DNA of 64,000 bases, from the sequence record NC_049383.1; one strand, given 5' to 3'. Under the pieces are notes generated by a model. The model did not search any database. It saw only the letters and a list, made by a program, of their open reading frames with translations, and was not told the DNA's origin. Made by a program: the position numbers and the translations under genes. Positions 29,234 through 40,145 of the stretch are shown one piece after another (within the stretch, counting starts at the first letter, position 1; every line of letters starts with the position of its first letter).

Positions 29234-32200
29234 ATGAAAAAATCAAATTCAATGGCACAGCAACTTTTTGACGTGAATCGATTAAACGATAATGCGTTGA
29301 AATTTATGCAAGCAATTTATGAAGCCATTACATCCGATAAAGAAAATATCACCACAACATTAGATTTGGGTGATGGTTCGACTAGGGATGTTATCATACC
29401 ATCAAATATATTCTTAAAATCGGAAGTTGAGCGAATGAAAGCTTCTTTTGAAAATATGATTGGTTTAGGAACATCTAGAGTAGGAACAATTGTATCAATT
29501 AATGATGGTGCTAACGATAAATTAAGGAACATAATTTTAAGTACTTTCAAAAAGGCTTTGGATAGAATGACGTTATCTGAAATGAGTTTTAAAAACCATA
29601 TTTCGGTATCACAAAATCCATTGATTGATAAGTTACTTTCGCCATTAACACATTTAGATGTTGAGTTACCTGAACGTTTCAATAATGAAAAGAATGTGGT
29701 AACTACTAAGTTTTTTGTTGAAAATTTAGATGGTTTGTCTGATGGGATGTCATATTCAGAAGTTAGGCAATATTTATCTACTAATAATGTATCATATACA
29801 ATTAAAGAAGATGTTTTAAAGTTAAATCCAACAAAGCAACGTTTTTATGGTGATTTCATGGTTATGTCAATAACAAGTAACGATGATGATACTTTAACTT
29901 GTAGAGTTGATAAATTAACATATAGTGATTCGTTGAATATTGTAGAAGATTCAAGGGAATTACAATTAGGTGATGAGCTTATAACTAGTGATGGATTAAC
30001 TCTTTATAAAGTTACTCGTGTTGTTAATGATGGTTTAGGAATTTATGTTACAATCAAATTAATAAGTGGTTTAAGTGCATTAGAAGTTGGTATAGGTGCA
30101 TTACAATACCGAGACAATACAACACCAGTTAAAACGGCTTCAATCCCTATTAAGGGTCAAGATAAAATCGTTTTATTCATTTCAAGTTTAGATGATAAAA
30201 ATGATGTGCAGGGTGTTTACTCTGATGCTAAGATTTTAGATACTGATTCATTAAAGATTTTATCTAATGGTATTGAGTTTAATTTCAATACTTATTATGC
30301 AAGTAATATTTTAGGATTAGGTGAATATTTGGAATCTGTTGTTCAAGAAAACACCGTTCCGAGAGCTTTAGCTAGTGATATCACGAAACCTGAATTAGAT
30401 GATAGTTATTTCAAGGTTGTTCAGGTAAATAAGCATATAACAAACACGGCAGATTCACAGAAGTTAAAGAGATATTCAGCAGAAAAGCAAAGATTGCGTT
30501 CACAAATACTTAAAACTTCTGATAAAATATACAGTTTAAGAACAAAAATAGGAAAAGGTCAATATAAATCGAAGGATGAGAAATCACAAGACGAATCAGC
30601 TTTAAATTTATTGATAAATAAATTACAAACAGAACAAAGCGAATTTTCATCAACTGTTGATAATATAGCTAGTTTGGCATCATTTGCGAATGCACCAAAA
30701 GCATCACCTAAGTATAGAGTTTTAGGTTTTTGGGAGATTGATGAGCCGACATCAAGTATCACAGGAGATTTACAAAGAATTGTTCAGTATAACATACGTT
30801 ACAAATATGTTCCAACAAATTCTGATGTTAGTGAACCTAGTTCTATAATGGTTGGTGATATTGATGCGTCTATATCATCTTGGAATGAATTGAAATCAGT
30901 TCCATTAAAGAAAACATTTGATGTGAATAGAAATAAATTTGTTTGGGATTCTGTTAATATTTCTGATGCTGACGTTAATAACATAAACCAAGTTGAGATA
31001 CCTATTTCATATGGTGAAAATGTTATTATTCAAGTTCAAGCTATTGGTGAAGCAGGATATCCAAGTAATCCAATATTATCTGAATGGAGTAGTCCTATAA
31101 AAGTTTCTTTTCCCGAAGAGTTGGCACAAGATGAAGATATAAAATCTATCGTTGAAGATAATAAACAAGATTTAATCAATACTAGTGTAAATAAGGAGTT
31201 TGAATCTAGGGGTATTGATAAATTAATGGGATTAGGTTATACAGAACAAGAGCGATATTTTCCTTTAGGTGTTAAGGATATTGCTTCGGGTCAATTCACA
31301 ACAGAACAAAAAACAATTTCTCTCGAAGAGTTGATAAAGTCTATGCAAACTGAGATTATTTCGTTAAGAGATATAGTTAATAGACGTACAACATCATATA
31401 GTGTAGAATTAGTTACAGGAGATAGAACATCACCTATAAATAAATTACAAACAATAGAAGTATTTGCGGGTAATTATACAGATGAGGTTGATGTAAACGT
31501 AGAATCTAATTACGGTGCTATTGTTGAGAAGGAATTTTATATTAAATTGATTAATAACAATGCTAATACAGCAGATATAACATCAATATCTAGTGGTTTA
31601 TTAACTGGTGTTACCGACAACAATAATTATAAAGATGTTGGTTTTGCGAAACATGGAACAAACACCAAACAAGCTCAAAAAAATGGGCAAATTATCTACC
31701 TTAGAAATAGAGACGTAAGTGGTTCTAATGAATTGGTTTACGTAAACAATTCACAGTCAAGCACGGAAATCGACTCAGGTGATAAAGAAACCACTACTGT
31801 TGAAGCTGAAAAAACTATTGTTGAATATGATGGTTCTAGCTTTAATAGGGTTAAATTAAGTAATGCTTCAACAGGTATAGGATATGTAGCAATGTCAATA
31901 AATCATCCTTTATATCAAGCATACTTACAAGATACAACAAATAGTACGTTATCTGATGCTTTAGTAGCTGAGTTTGAAAGAATACAAGAGTTTAACGATT
32001 CTTTATTGGAAGATAATAAACAACAAGATTTATCATCAATAGATTATATGGGATTTGTTGATAATGATAAATACATTTTAGGTAGAAATAGTACTGGTGC
32101 AAGACTATTCATGAGACTTACAGATATTCAAAATATTCAAGTTTCTAGCTCGGATTCATCAGCATCTATTCAATTACATAATGGTGAACAAAACGCATTA

Positions 32201-32464
32201 TTAATACCTGTTGTTTTCCAGTTTAGAATGATAGATATTTTAGGTAGAATAAATGGTGATTCTAAATTATCATTATCTGCATCAAATATCGAATATAAAA
32301 AGAAAATGGGTGTCGATTTAATAGTAGGTAATGAGCTATTTAAGTTTGATATAGTTGTAAGTGCTAAGTTTAGAAAAACAACATTAAGCGTTACAAGTTC
32401 AGAAACTAGTCAAGTTATTAGTGCTATTGATACTCAATCATCTAACAGACCAAATATTTTATAA
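29234..32464 (+). CDS. Large virion structural protein (baseplate/tail associated)
   Basis: 1076 aa, beta-rich with a central coiled coil; directly upstream of the tail fibre; ATAAATA at 29193. Confidence 0.5.
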   Translation: MKKSNSMAQQLFDVNRLNDNALKFMQAIYEAITSDKENITTTLDLGDGSTRDVIIPSNIFLKSEVERMKASFENMIGLGTSRVGTIVSINDGANDKLRNIILSTFKKALDRMTLSEMSFKNHISVSQNPLIDKLLSPLTHLDVELPERFNNEKNVVTTKFFVENLDGLSDGMSYSEVRQYLSTNNVSYTIKEDVLKLNPTKQRFYGDFMVMSITSNDDDTLTCRVDKLTYSDSLNIVEDSRELQLGDELITSDGLTLYKVTRVVNDGLGIYVTIKLISGLSALEVGIGALQYRDNTTPVKTASIPIKGQDKIVLFISSLDDKNDVQGVYSDAKILDTDSLKILSNGIEFNFNTYYASNILGLGEYLESVVQENTVPRALASDITKPELDDSYFKVVQVNKHITNTADSQKLKRYSAEKQRLRSQILKTSDKIYSLRTKIGKGQYKSKDEKSQDESALNLLINKLQTEQSEFSSTVDNIASLASFANAPKASPKYRVLGFWEIDEPTSSITGDLQRIVQYNIRYKYVPTNSDVSEPSSIMVGDIDASISSWNELKSVPLKKTFDVNRNKFVWDSVNISDADVNNINQVEIPISYGENVIIQVQAIGEAGYPSNPILSEWSSPIKVSFPEELAQDEDIKSIVEDNKQDLINTSVNKEFESRGIDKLMGLGYTEQERYFPLGVKDIASGQFTTEQKTISLEELIKSMQTEIISLRDIVNRRTTSYSVELVTGDRTSPINKLQTIEVFAGNYTDEVDVNVESNYGAIVEKEFYIKLINNNANTADITSISSGLLTGVTDNNNYKDVGFAKHGTNTKQAQKNGQIIYLRNRDVSGSNELVYVNNSQSSTEIDSGDKETTTVEAEKTIVEYDGSSFNRVKLSNASTGIGYVAMSINHPLYQAYLQDTTNSTLSDALVAEFERIQEFNDSLLEDNKQQDLSSIDYMGFVDNDKYILGRNSTGARLFMRLTDIQNIQVSSSDSSASIQLHNGEQNALLIPVVFQFRMIDILGRINGDSKLSLSASNIEYKKKMGVDLIVGNELFKFDIVVSAKFRKTTLSVTSSETSQVISAIDTQSSNRPNIL

Positions 32465-32467
32465 TAA

Positions 32468-35400
32468 ATGGATAATTTACAATCAAGTGGGTTAAACCTA
32501 CGAAATATTAAACTTAGAGACTTAAATACATTAGTCTCAGATATACAATATAACTTCCAACAGATAGTGCAACTACCTGGTTTTAAGGGTGTTACAGGTA
32601 AAGATGGGTTATCTATTACTGGTGCTACTGGTGAGCGTGGTAATAAATGGGTTTTTGCTAATTCAGCATCATTCATAACTGAATATGTTACCGTAACCAC
32701 ATCAGGACAAGTTACACTAAACTTTTTAAATTCACAGTTAACAGCCGACTTAGCTCGGTTGTTAACTACTTTGGGTATTGATAAGTTGGTTGGAAATGAT
32801 ATAATTGTTTTACCATCTAGAGACGTTATACAGTTCAGTAGTTTAACAAATGAATTTGTATCTACTGGTATTAGATTTGCTGACGGTCTTTCATTAAATG
32901 AAGAAGAGGTTATCGAAATTATTAATGAGGTTTTAGGAGGTCTTAATAACAATGATGTTTACGGTATTTATAAGGGTATAATAAAAAACTATGCTGATAA
33001 TAGTGCGGGTCTAAACAATCAATCAAATTACAATTCTATTATTGATTTACCAGTATCGGGTTCGGGTATTGGTTTGGAAACTAATGATTTCATTTTTTCT
33101 GCAATAAAAGAGGCAAATATCGGTAATGGTGTTAATACCATGTTTTTAACAGGTTCACCAAAAGATTATCATAATTTGGCTCAAAAAACATTGACCAACA
33201 AAACTGTTGATTATATGGCAGGTGTTGATGATTTTGGTGCTTTGGCTGTTTTACAAAACTCATACAAAAATGGTATTTTAATAGGTCATAAAGATTCTAA
33301 TGATTTTAGTACATGGGGTAGAATTTTCAGAACAGAAAACAAGTTAAGATTTTTATCAGATTATGACCCTAAATTAGATGAAGTTGGAAGATTGGATTTA
33401 GCCAAGTCGGGAACTGTTTTATTTTCACCGAAGGATTTACAATTAATGATTAAGAACGGTGTTCTAAAAATGACTGATTATAAAACAAATTATGATTGGT
33501 TGGATGCTACTAGTGAAAGAATGGTTTTAGGTAATGCTAATTTACCTTACGTTTCAATATACTCTAAAAATTATGCAAAATTATACACAAGTATAGGAGC
33601 TAATACACAAATTTTAGGACTTTATGGCAATGAATTAAAAGCATCTATTTTTCAACCAAAAAATGATTTACTTGTTAATGACCAAAATTTATTGGTCACA
33701 CATAATATTTTATTTGATATCAAAGAAGATTTAGAAACATGGATTGATGATTTAGATGATAGAGTAAGTATATTAGAATCTCAAAATGTTTATAGACAAC
33801 AAACTAGATTAGTTGGTAACGCAAACGCAAACCTTTTAACTCAATTCGGTTTATACGATATTAGATATAATTCAAGTGCATCATATACAAATTTCCCAAA
33901 TAATACATTATCTAACGGATTTGCAACAAATGCGTATTTAAAAGTAAATAGGTTTGATGAAGGTACAAATGTTGTTATTGAACAAGAATATGTTAATAAA
34001 TCAGCATCAAATAACTATTTGGTTACATCAAAAAGACAGGGTATTTCAAACGATAGCGGTTCTACATTCACATGGTCAAATTGGACTGTTTTACTAGATT
34101 CTAGAAATTCATTATTCAAAGGCGATGGTTTATCTATTGTTATAGAAAATGAGACATTTGGTGATAGTGGTAAATTAGTTATAAAACATAAAGCAGGTGT
34201 TGGTTCTAAGGTAGAAGCTGAAAATCCAACAACAGATTCACATAAAGTTGTCCGAGGTTTGAATTTAGATTCAAGCGGACACCCTACAAGTGTTATAGCA
34301 CAAGATTTAGATGAGTGGTACTATGATAAAATTGAGATTGATAAACTTTTACGCTCGAATTTACCAATTGGAACAATAGTTATTTGGAGTGGTAATCCTA
34401 ATACAATTCCTGCGGGATTTATTTTATGTGATGGTAATAATGATACACCAAATTACGGTGGTAGGTTCTTAGTTGGATATGATGCAACAAACACAGATTA
34501 TAATGTTGTAGGTGCTAGAGGTGGTGAAGCTTTCGTTACACTAACAAAAGCACAAATGCCTATACACTCACATGGTGGTGTTACAGGTTCAGGTGGTGTT
34601 CACGACCATACAATAAGATTTAGATATTCAGGTGCTGAACAAGATAATCAAATTGGTTTCTTACAACCTGAGTGGTGGACTGACCAAACTAATATGGGTG
34701 AAAGTGGTGGTAATGGTACAGATAATGGCTATGTTAATGTAACAATACCATCAAGTGATGCGCATAACCACACAATTCAATCAGAGGGTGGTGGTCAAGC
34801 ACATGAAAATAGACCACCTTATGAAGTTGTTTGCTTTATCATGTTTGTTGGTTTCGGAGTTCCGTCAGTTACTTCACCAACAAATTTAAGTACAACAGTT
34901 GGTTTACCTTTTTCTGTAGTTCCTGATAGTATTGGTGTGGTAACATCATGGAGTGCTACAAATTTACCTTTAGGATTGAGTATTAATCCTACAACTGGTG
35001 AAATTTCGGGTATTCCAACAACACCAAGTAATAATGAAGTTACATTAATCGCTACAAACTCTAACGGTTCATCAGCACCATATAAGTTTTTCATAAATGT
35101 TGAACCATTCTTAGGTAGTGTTCCTGTAATCACGTCAGGTAATGTAATTGATGTTGAGGTTGGTCAATCATTTTCATATAGAATTACAGCAAGTGGTGAC
35201 CCTACTTCTTTTGGAGCTACTGGTTTACCATCATGGATGAGTTTAGATACAACAACAGGATTTATAACTGGCACAGTTCCGTTAGGAACACCACAAAGTT
35301 TATTTGAAATTAATGTAAGTGCTATTAATGGTTCGGGTACAGGTTCACAAAATGTTTCAGTTATTGTTACATCTTTAGCTACGATAAATGCACCTTTATT

Positions 35401-35680
35401 AATAGGTGGTGGACTTACAAGAAGTTTCTATACTGGTGAGTCTGTTTCATATAGTCATATTAATGGTGGTGGTACTGCTACGAATTGGAGTGCTTTAGGT
35501 TTACCAACAGGTTTAAGTATCAATGCTTCAACTGGTAGAATCACAGGAACTATAAATTTCGCTTATTCGGGCGAAACATTTAATGTGCAAGTTACAGCAT
35601 CTAACGCGGCAGGAATTTCAACAATATCATATAACATTTATGTTTATAGTGATTTTGGTGGTGATTTTAGAATAAATTAA
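32468..35680 (+). CDS. Tail fibre: collagen-like segment, tail-collar domain, three He_PIG Ig-like domains
   Basis: GFKGVTGKDG..GATGERG; PIGTIVIWSG..IPAGFILCDG..TPNYGGRF; three LPxGLSIN/LPSWMSLD..TG.I.G repeats. Confidence 0.85.
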   Translation: MDNLQSSGLNLRNIKLRDLNTLVSDIQYNFQQIVQLPGFKGVTGKDGLSITGATGERGNKWVFANSASFITEYVTVTTSGQVTLNFLNSQLTADLARLLTTLGIDKLVGNDIIVLPSRDVIQFSSLTNEFVSTGIRFADGLSLNEEEVIEIINEVLGGLNNNDVYGIYKGIIKNYADNSAGLNNQSNYNSIIDLPVSGSGIGLETNDFIFSAIKEANIGNGVNTMFLTGSPKDYHNLAQKTLTNKTVDYMAGVDDFGALAVLQNSYKNGILIGHKDSNDFSTWGRIFRTENKLRFLSDYDPKLDEVGRLDLAKSGTVLFSPKDLQLMIKNGVLKMTDYKTNYDWLDATSERMVLGNANLPYVSIYSKNYAKLYTSIGANTQILGLYGNELKASIFQPKNDLLVNDQNLLVTHNILFDIKEDLETWIDDLDDRVSILESQNVYRQQTRLVGNANANLLTQFGLYDIRYNSSASYTNFPNNTLSNGFATNAYLKVNRFDEGTNVVIEQEYVNKSASNNYLVTSKRQGISNDSGSTFTWSNWTVLLDSRNSLFKGDGLSIVIENETFGDSGKLVIKHKAGVGSKVEAENPTTDSHKVVRGLNLDSSGHPTSVIAQDLDEWYYDKIEIDKLLRSNLPIGTIVIWSGNPNTIPAGFILCDGNNDTPNYGGRFLVGYDATNTDYNVVGARGGEAFVTLTKAQMPIHSHGGVTGSGGVHDHTIRFRYSGAEQDNQIGFLQPEWWTDQTNMGESGGNGTDNGYVNVTIPSSDAHNHTIQSEGGGQAHENRPPYEVVCFIMFVGFGVPSVTSPTNLSTTVGLPFSVVPDSIGVVTSWSATNLPLGLSINPTTGEISGIPTTPSNNEVTLIATNSNGSSAPYKFFINVEPFLGSVPVITSGNVIDVEVGQSFSYRITASGDPTSFGATGLPSWMSLDTTTGFITGTVPLGTPQSLFEINVSAINGSGTGSQNVSVIVTSLATINAPLLIGGGLTRSFYTGESVSYSHINGGGTATNWSALGLPTGLSINASTGRITGTINFAYSGETFNVQVTASNAAGISTISYNIYVYSDFGGDFRIN

Positions 35681-35807
35681 AATATATTTTTTTCATTCTT
35701 TAGGGTGGGTAATGCAATTTTTGTATGCCCACCTTTTTATTTTTATGGTAAAAAACGTTTTTAATTGTTATATTAATTAAAGAAATTAACTTATAAATAT
35801 TTAGATT

Positions 35808-36434
35808 ATGAAAAATTTAAGTACTGGTATGTACGTAAAAAAGAACGGTGAAAAGTCAGCTTCGATAGAGGTTGCTAGTTTCCAAAATGGTTTTGCAATA
35901 TTATCTGATGGTAAGTATTTGAAAATTGATGAATTAATGAGGGATTGGATGCAACCTTCTGTTAGATTAGCACCTGATTTTAGGACTGGTGATGAATTAA
36001 CAAGGGGTCTTCCTAGTGATACTGATATAATACAACCTCAACAACAAATTCCTAATGCACCTAATGTTAATGTGCCTATTTCTAATGAATCAGGAAATAA
36101 AACAACTATTATCCCTTCACAAAAACAAATTGTTCATGAAAAGGTTGTAGAGAAGGTTATTTATAAAAATCCTTTATTAGATGGTGTTGACCAAGACTCT
36201 CCATCATTTTCATTAGTTTCAAATCTTATGGCTTTATCAAAGGATGAGACTGTAAATGTTGATATTTCATTCCAACATATATTTGATTTTAACATAGAAA
36301 AGGTTGTAAAGACCGCTAAAACAATGGGTGTTGACCCAAGCTTAGTATCAAAAATTATTTTATCAACTGATGAAGGTATGAATGTATTAGTTGGTGTTTT
36401 AACATCTATAATTGAAAAGATAGGCGAAGAGTAA
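35808..36434 (+). CDS. Hypothetical protein
   Basis: 208-aa ORF. Confidence 0.7.
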   Translation: MKNLSTGMYVKKNGEKSASIEVASFQNGFAILSDGKYLKIDELMRDWMQPSVRLAPDFRTGDELTRGLPSDTDIIQPQQQIPNAPNVNVPISNESGNKTTIIPSQKQIVHEKVVEKVIYKNPLLDGVDQDSPSFSLVSNLMALSKDETVNVDISFQHIFDFNIEKVVKTAKTMGVDPSLVSKIILSTDEGMNVLVGVLTSIIEKIGEE

Positions 36435-36438
36435 TAAT

Positions 36439-36885
36439 ATGGATATACTTAAAAGAAAGTTATTAAACGTAGGCGAAAGTTGTTACTTTTTCGTTAGTTC
36501 TGTAGAAGACCCTTATGATTATATTAGGATGAAAGGTGTAATTGAAGAGGTTCATAGTGTTAAGGATGAGCAAGTAGTTTATCGAATAAGATTGACAAAT
36601 ATTTTTGAAAATGGTGATGTTATAAATACCTATATGAATAGGAATAGTTATCGTGGCTTCGATTTGAAAAGAAAGGTTAATAGGACTCGTTTAATGTACT
36701 CTTTTGATTGTAAAAGTGTTGTTGAATTTATCGAAAACAAATTAGAAGATTTCTTATTTGAAGCATCTAGTGCAATGGTTTTTCCAAATCGTGAAGAAAT
36801 GGAAAAAGAATATAAGTCAATTTGTAATTATATTTATGAATACTTGCATGAAATTATGGAAAGAAATAAAAAAAGAGGGTCATAA
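36439..36885 (+). CDS. Hypothetical protein
   Basis: 148-aa ORF. Confidence 0.7.
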   Translation: MDILKRKLLNVGESCYFFVSSVEDPYDYIRMKGVIEEVHSVKDEQVVYRIRLTNIFENGDVINTYMNRNSYRGFDLKRKVNRTRLMYSFDCKSVVEFIENKLEDFLFEASSAMVFPNREEMEKEYKSICNYIYEYLHEIMERNKKRGS

Positions 36886-36896
36886 CCCTCTTTTTT
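36869..36896 (+). terminator. Intrinsic terminator overlapping a stop codon
   Basis: aaaaaagagggt-cata-accctctttttt. Confidence 0.8.
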
Positions 36897-36940
36897 ATTT
36901 TTAGTTCTTAACAATAAATAAAGAAAGAATACTTTATATT

Positions 36941-38593
36941 ATGGAAAAAATAGTTAATGTTGTGAAAGACTTTTTAAATACTGATTCGGAAGGTCTAACA
37001 CCAAAGGAATCTAAATTAAGTGCATCATCTTTACCAAGTGAGAGTTTAAAAACAACAAGCTCTTATGATAGTAAAAATGAAGCTGAACTTCCTAGAGGTG
37101 CAGAGAAATCTGTTTTACCTTCTGGTGAGGTAAAAAATGAAAATATTGAAGCGTTACCACATTCATTATTTTCTGATTATCATTTATTTAGAGCAAAGAC
37201 CGTTAAAGGAGACAATTATCCTTTATTTAATACTGATAAAAAGGATTTAAAAGATACACTTTATAGGGAAATGACACCTGAATATTTAATTAATAATCCT
37301 ATAGGTGCATCAATTTACAAACCTATGGATTTTATTTACTTAGAAAGATTGAGAAAAGTGCCTTTAAATAGAATGATTACACTTAGACGTTTTGCATTTC
37401 CTATTGTTGATGATATATTTTCAATAACACCTGAAAACGATGAACCTGATATTGCTAGAATGATTACGTTTTCAGACCAAGAAAATAACAAGATTAGCGA
37501 TTTGATGTCATTCTCAACAGGTATGAGGTGGAAGGAGCTTGAATCTACTATGGAAGAAATGCAAATGCATGGGCCGCGGGCGGGTGTAGGTGGTTATATG
37601 AGTGACGTAATGAAGTTCATAGACCCTACTTTCGGACAAGATAGATTAAGGGGTGATGTGGCATTATCTTTTGACCCTATGCATGATAGTAATAAAGTTT
37701 ATGGTATGGTTGATTCTATTTCATCAACACATATACGCGATGTTGGATTGAACTTTGAACAAGAGTTTACTTTAACATTCAATTATAAAATGCGCTCATT
37801 CAATGGAATAAATGGAAAAGCCGCGTTTTTAGACCTTATTTCACATATTTTAATGTGTGTAACTAATGATGCTAAGTTTTGGGGTGGTGCTAGATTTTGG
37901 AAAGGTCGAAGACCAACAAAATATATTAAAAACTTAAAGTTCCTATCACCAACATCATTTAATGATTTCTTAAATAAGGCTCACGTTGAGTTTAAGGGAT
38001 TTTTAGGAAAAGGTAGTGGTAATAATCGTCAGGATGCTTTAAACCTTCTTAAAAACGTTGCTACTAATGTTTTTAATATGGGATTTGGTAAGTTATTGGA
38101 TAAAATCGGAAGACCTGCGATACCTTATACAAATTCATTATTAACATCTAATCCTGTTGGAAACTGGCACGTTACTATAGGAAATCCACACAACCCTAGT
38201 ATGACAATTGGTAATTTATTGTTAACAAATACCGTTATAAAGTTTGGTGATGTTTTGGGTCATGATGATTTCCCCGAAGATATTATAGTTGAATGTACAC
38301 TTAAACACGCAATGCCAAGGGGTAAGGCTGAAATAGAACAAATGTTTCAAGGTGGTAGAGGTCGTATGTATTGGAAACCAAAAGATGTATTTGGTTCAAT
38401 GAGTTCTACAGAACCATACTATAATGATAGTGGGAGAAGAATACCATCAAGAGTAAAAACATTACAAGAAAGACAAACATTCACCGAATATCAAAATATG
38501 TATAAAGGTGATTTAAAATTCGGACAATTTGATAAAGCTTCTGTATTAAGGAATGCTAATGAAGTTTGGTCGTTTAATAAAGTTAAAAAATAA
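36941..38593 (+). CDS. Virion protein, possibly baseplate/tail-tube cap
   Basis: 550 aa; FEQEFTLTFNYKMRS and IVECTLKHAMPR resemble tube-cap-like strands; ATAAATA at 36914. Confidence 0.4.
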   Translation: MEKIVNVVKDFLNTDSEGLTPKESKLSASSLPSESLKTTSSYDSKNEAELPRGAEKSVLPSGEVKNENIEALPHSLFSDYHLFRAKTVKGDNYPLFNTDKKDLKDTLYREMTPEYLINNPIGASIYKPMDFIYLERLRKVPLNRMITLRRFAFPIVDDIFSITPENDEPDIARMITFSDQENNKISDLMSFSTGMRWKELESTMEEMQMHGPRAGVGGYMSDVMKFIDPTFGQDRLRGDVALSFDPMHDSNKVYGMVDSISSTHIRDVGLNFEQEFTLTFNYKMRSFNGINGKAAFLDLISHILMCVTNDAKFWGGARFWKGRRPTKYIKNLKFLSPTSFNDFLNKAHVEFKGFLGKGSGNNRQDALNLLKNVATNVFNMGFGKLLDKIGRPAIPYTNSLLTSNPVGNWHVTIGNPHNPSMTIGNLLLTNTVIKFGDVLGHDDFPEDIIVECTLKHAMPRGKAEIEQMFQGGRGRMYWKPKDVFGSMSSTEPYYNDSGRRIPSRVKTLQERQTFTEYQNMYKGDLKFGQFDKASVLRNANEVWSFNKVKK

Positions 38594-38609
38594 TATTTAA
38601 AACAAAATA

Positions 38610-38930
38610 ATGAAACATATTGATATTAAAGAATACTTAACCAATGTATTCGAAAGTAAAGGTGATTGGGAAAAGGAAGTTGATTCGTGTGAAGATGGTT
38701 CATGTGATGCTAAAAATAAAGAGGAACGCAAAAAAGAACGTGCTAAAAATCTTGGATATGCTGAAAAAGAACTGGATAAGGAAAAGAAAGATGCTGAGAA
38801 AGAAGAAAAAGAAAAGGAAAAAGGTAATGAAGAAAATGATATTAATACTTTAGGTACTGATAATGATGGTGAAGGTGAAAAAGATAATTTTGAAATTGAT
38901 GGTGTTCAAGTTGATTTTGATGATGAATAA
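38610..38930 (+). CDS. Acidic prohead-core-like small protein
   Basis: MKHIDIKEYLTNVFES N-terminus; highly charged. Confidence 0.45.
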   Translation: MKHIDIKEYLTNVFESKGDWEKEVDSCEDGSCDAKNKEERKKERAKNLGYAEKELDKEKKDAEKEEKEKEKGNEENDINTLGTDNDGEGEKDNFEIDGVQVDFDDE

Positions 38931-38984
38931 AGTCTATATAAACTATACATATTGTAAAGAAAAATTAATTTAATTTTTAAAAAT

Positions 38985-39527
38985 ATGGCTTTAATTAATA
39001 ACGATGGTATTTATGTTACTGTTGGGAGTATATCTTATAATAAGAGTAATGTATTAATGATAAGTAAATCCGATGGTGATATAGTTAATGTATTATTTTC
39101 TAGTGCGCAGAGTGTATCATTTTCATTAAAAGAATTTGGTGAAGATAATGGGTTTAATACGGTTGATGAATTATATAACCACCTTAAAACAATTTTCACA
39201 TCAGAAAGTGTGGGAACTGGGGGAACTGGGGGAACTGGTATTATAAAATCAAATAACACAGTAAAAAATATTATAAATAGTTCATCAACAAGTATAAAGT
39301 TGGTAGAATCTTCTGAATCAACTAATGAAATTTTAATAAAAAATGTATCAGATAATGGTCATAAACTTTTTATAAGTAAGGTTAATCCATCAACATTTGA
39401 AGAAATAGTTGTTTTATCTGATGGTGATATTTTTTCATTGAAAAATTATACTGGTGATGTTTTTGGTATTTGGGAATCTGTTGATGCTCAAACAAAGGCT
39501 ATTATAGAAATAATGAAAAAAGTTTAA
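38985..39527 (+). CDS. Hypothetical (virion accessory) protein
   Basis: 180 aa with a Gly-Thr-Gly linker. Confidence 0.6.
   Translation: MALINNDGIYVTVGSISYNKSNVLMISKSDGDIVNVLFSSAQSVSFSLKEFGEDNGFNTVDELYNHLKTIFTSESVGTGGTGGTGIIKSNNTVKNIINSSSTSIKLVESSESTNEILIKNVSDNGHKLFISKVNPSTFEEIVVLSDGDIFSLKNYTGDVFGIWESVDAQTKAIIEIMKKV
39213..39238 (+). repeat. In-frame 9-bp tandem repeat (GGAACTGGG x3)
   Basis: ggaactggg ggaactggg ggaactgg; encodes part of a Gly/Thr linker. Confidence 0.9.
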
Positions 39528-39528
39528 T

Positions 39529-40128
39529 ATGAGTAGTACAGAAATAATTAAAAGTAAAATAAATAGAGAGGTTTTAGACAAAAGGTTAAAACTAACATAT
39601 AAGTTTGATACTTTAAATGATGTATTGGGTTCAGACATTAAATTTGAAGTTGGTGATTGTGTTAATATTGGCGATTTCACATATGAATTAAAAAACAAGG
39701 ACAATTTAATAGAAAATTGGCATAAAAAATCTGTTAAGAAAACAGGTATAATTAATTCAAATATATCACAAACACTTTTTGAAGATACTGATAATTATTT
39801 AACAATATCATGGGATGCTACATATAAACAACCAACATACACAGTTAATAATTGGGGTTGGCACGATGGTAGTATATTTAAAATTGATGGTAATTCTTCA
39901 AAAAGAAGGGCTGAGGCTGATGATAGAAGTTCAGGGAATGGTACATTTTACTTCACTAATGGTGGGGAAAGGAAAAATGAATATGATATGGAAAACTATG
40001 GTTCATATCTTTTCGCAACATTAGTTAAAGAAACATTTGAATCAACAGAATCTTTTCCATCAGTATTTTTACAGGTTAATACTGGTAGTATAGGAGCTTG
40101 TAGTTATATATTAAATATAGTTTATTAA
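39529..40128 (+). CDS. Hypothetical protein
   Basis: 199-aa ORF. Confidence 0.65.
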   Translation: MSSTEIIKSKINREVLDKRLKLTYKFDTLNDVLGSDIKFEVGDCVNIGDFTYELKNKDNLIENWHKKSVKKTGIINSNISQTLFEDTDNYLTISWDATYKQPTYTVNNWGWHDGSIFKIDGNSSKRRAEADDRSSGNGTFYFTNGGERKNEYDMENYGSYLFATLVKETFESTESFPSVFLQVNTGSIGACSYILNIVY

Positions 40129-40145
40129 CTAATAAAAACAAATAT

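Noticed and set aside
32468-35680. Diversity-generating retroelement target
   Set aside because: No reverse transcriptase and no template/variable repeat pair seen in the window.
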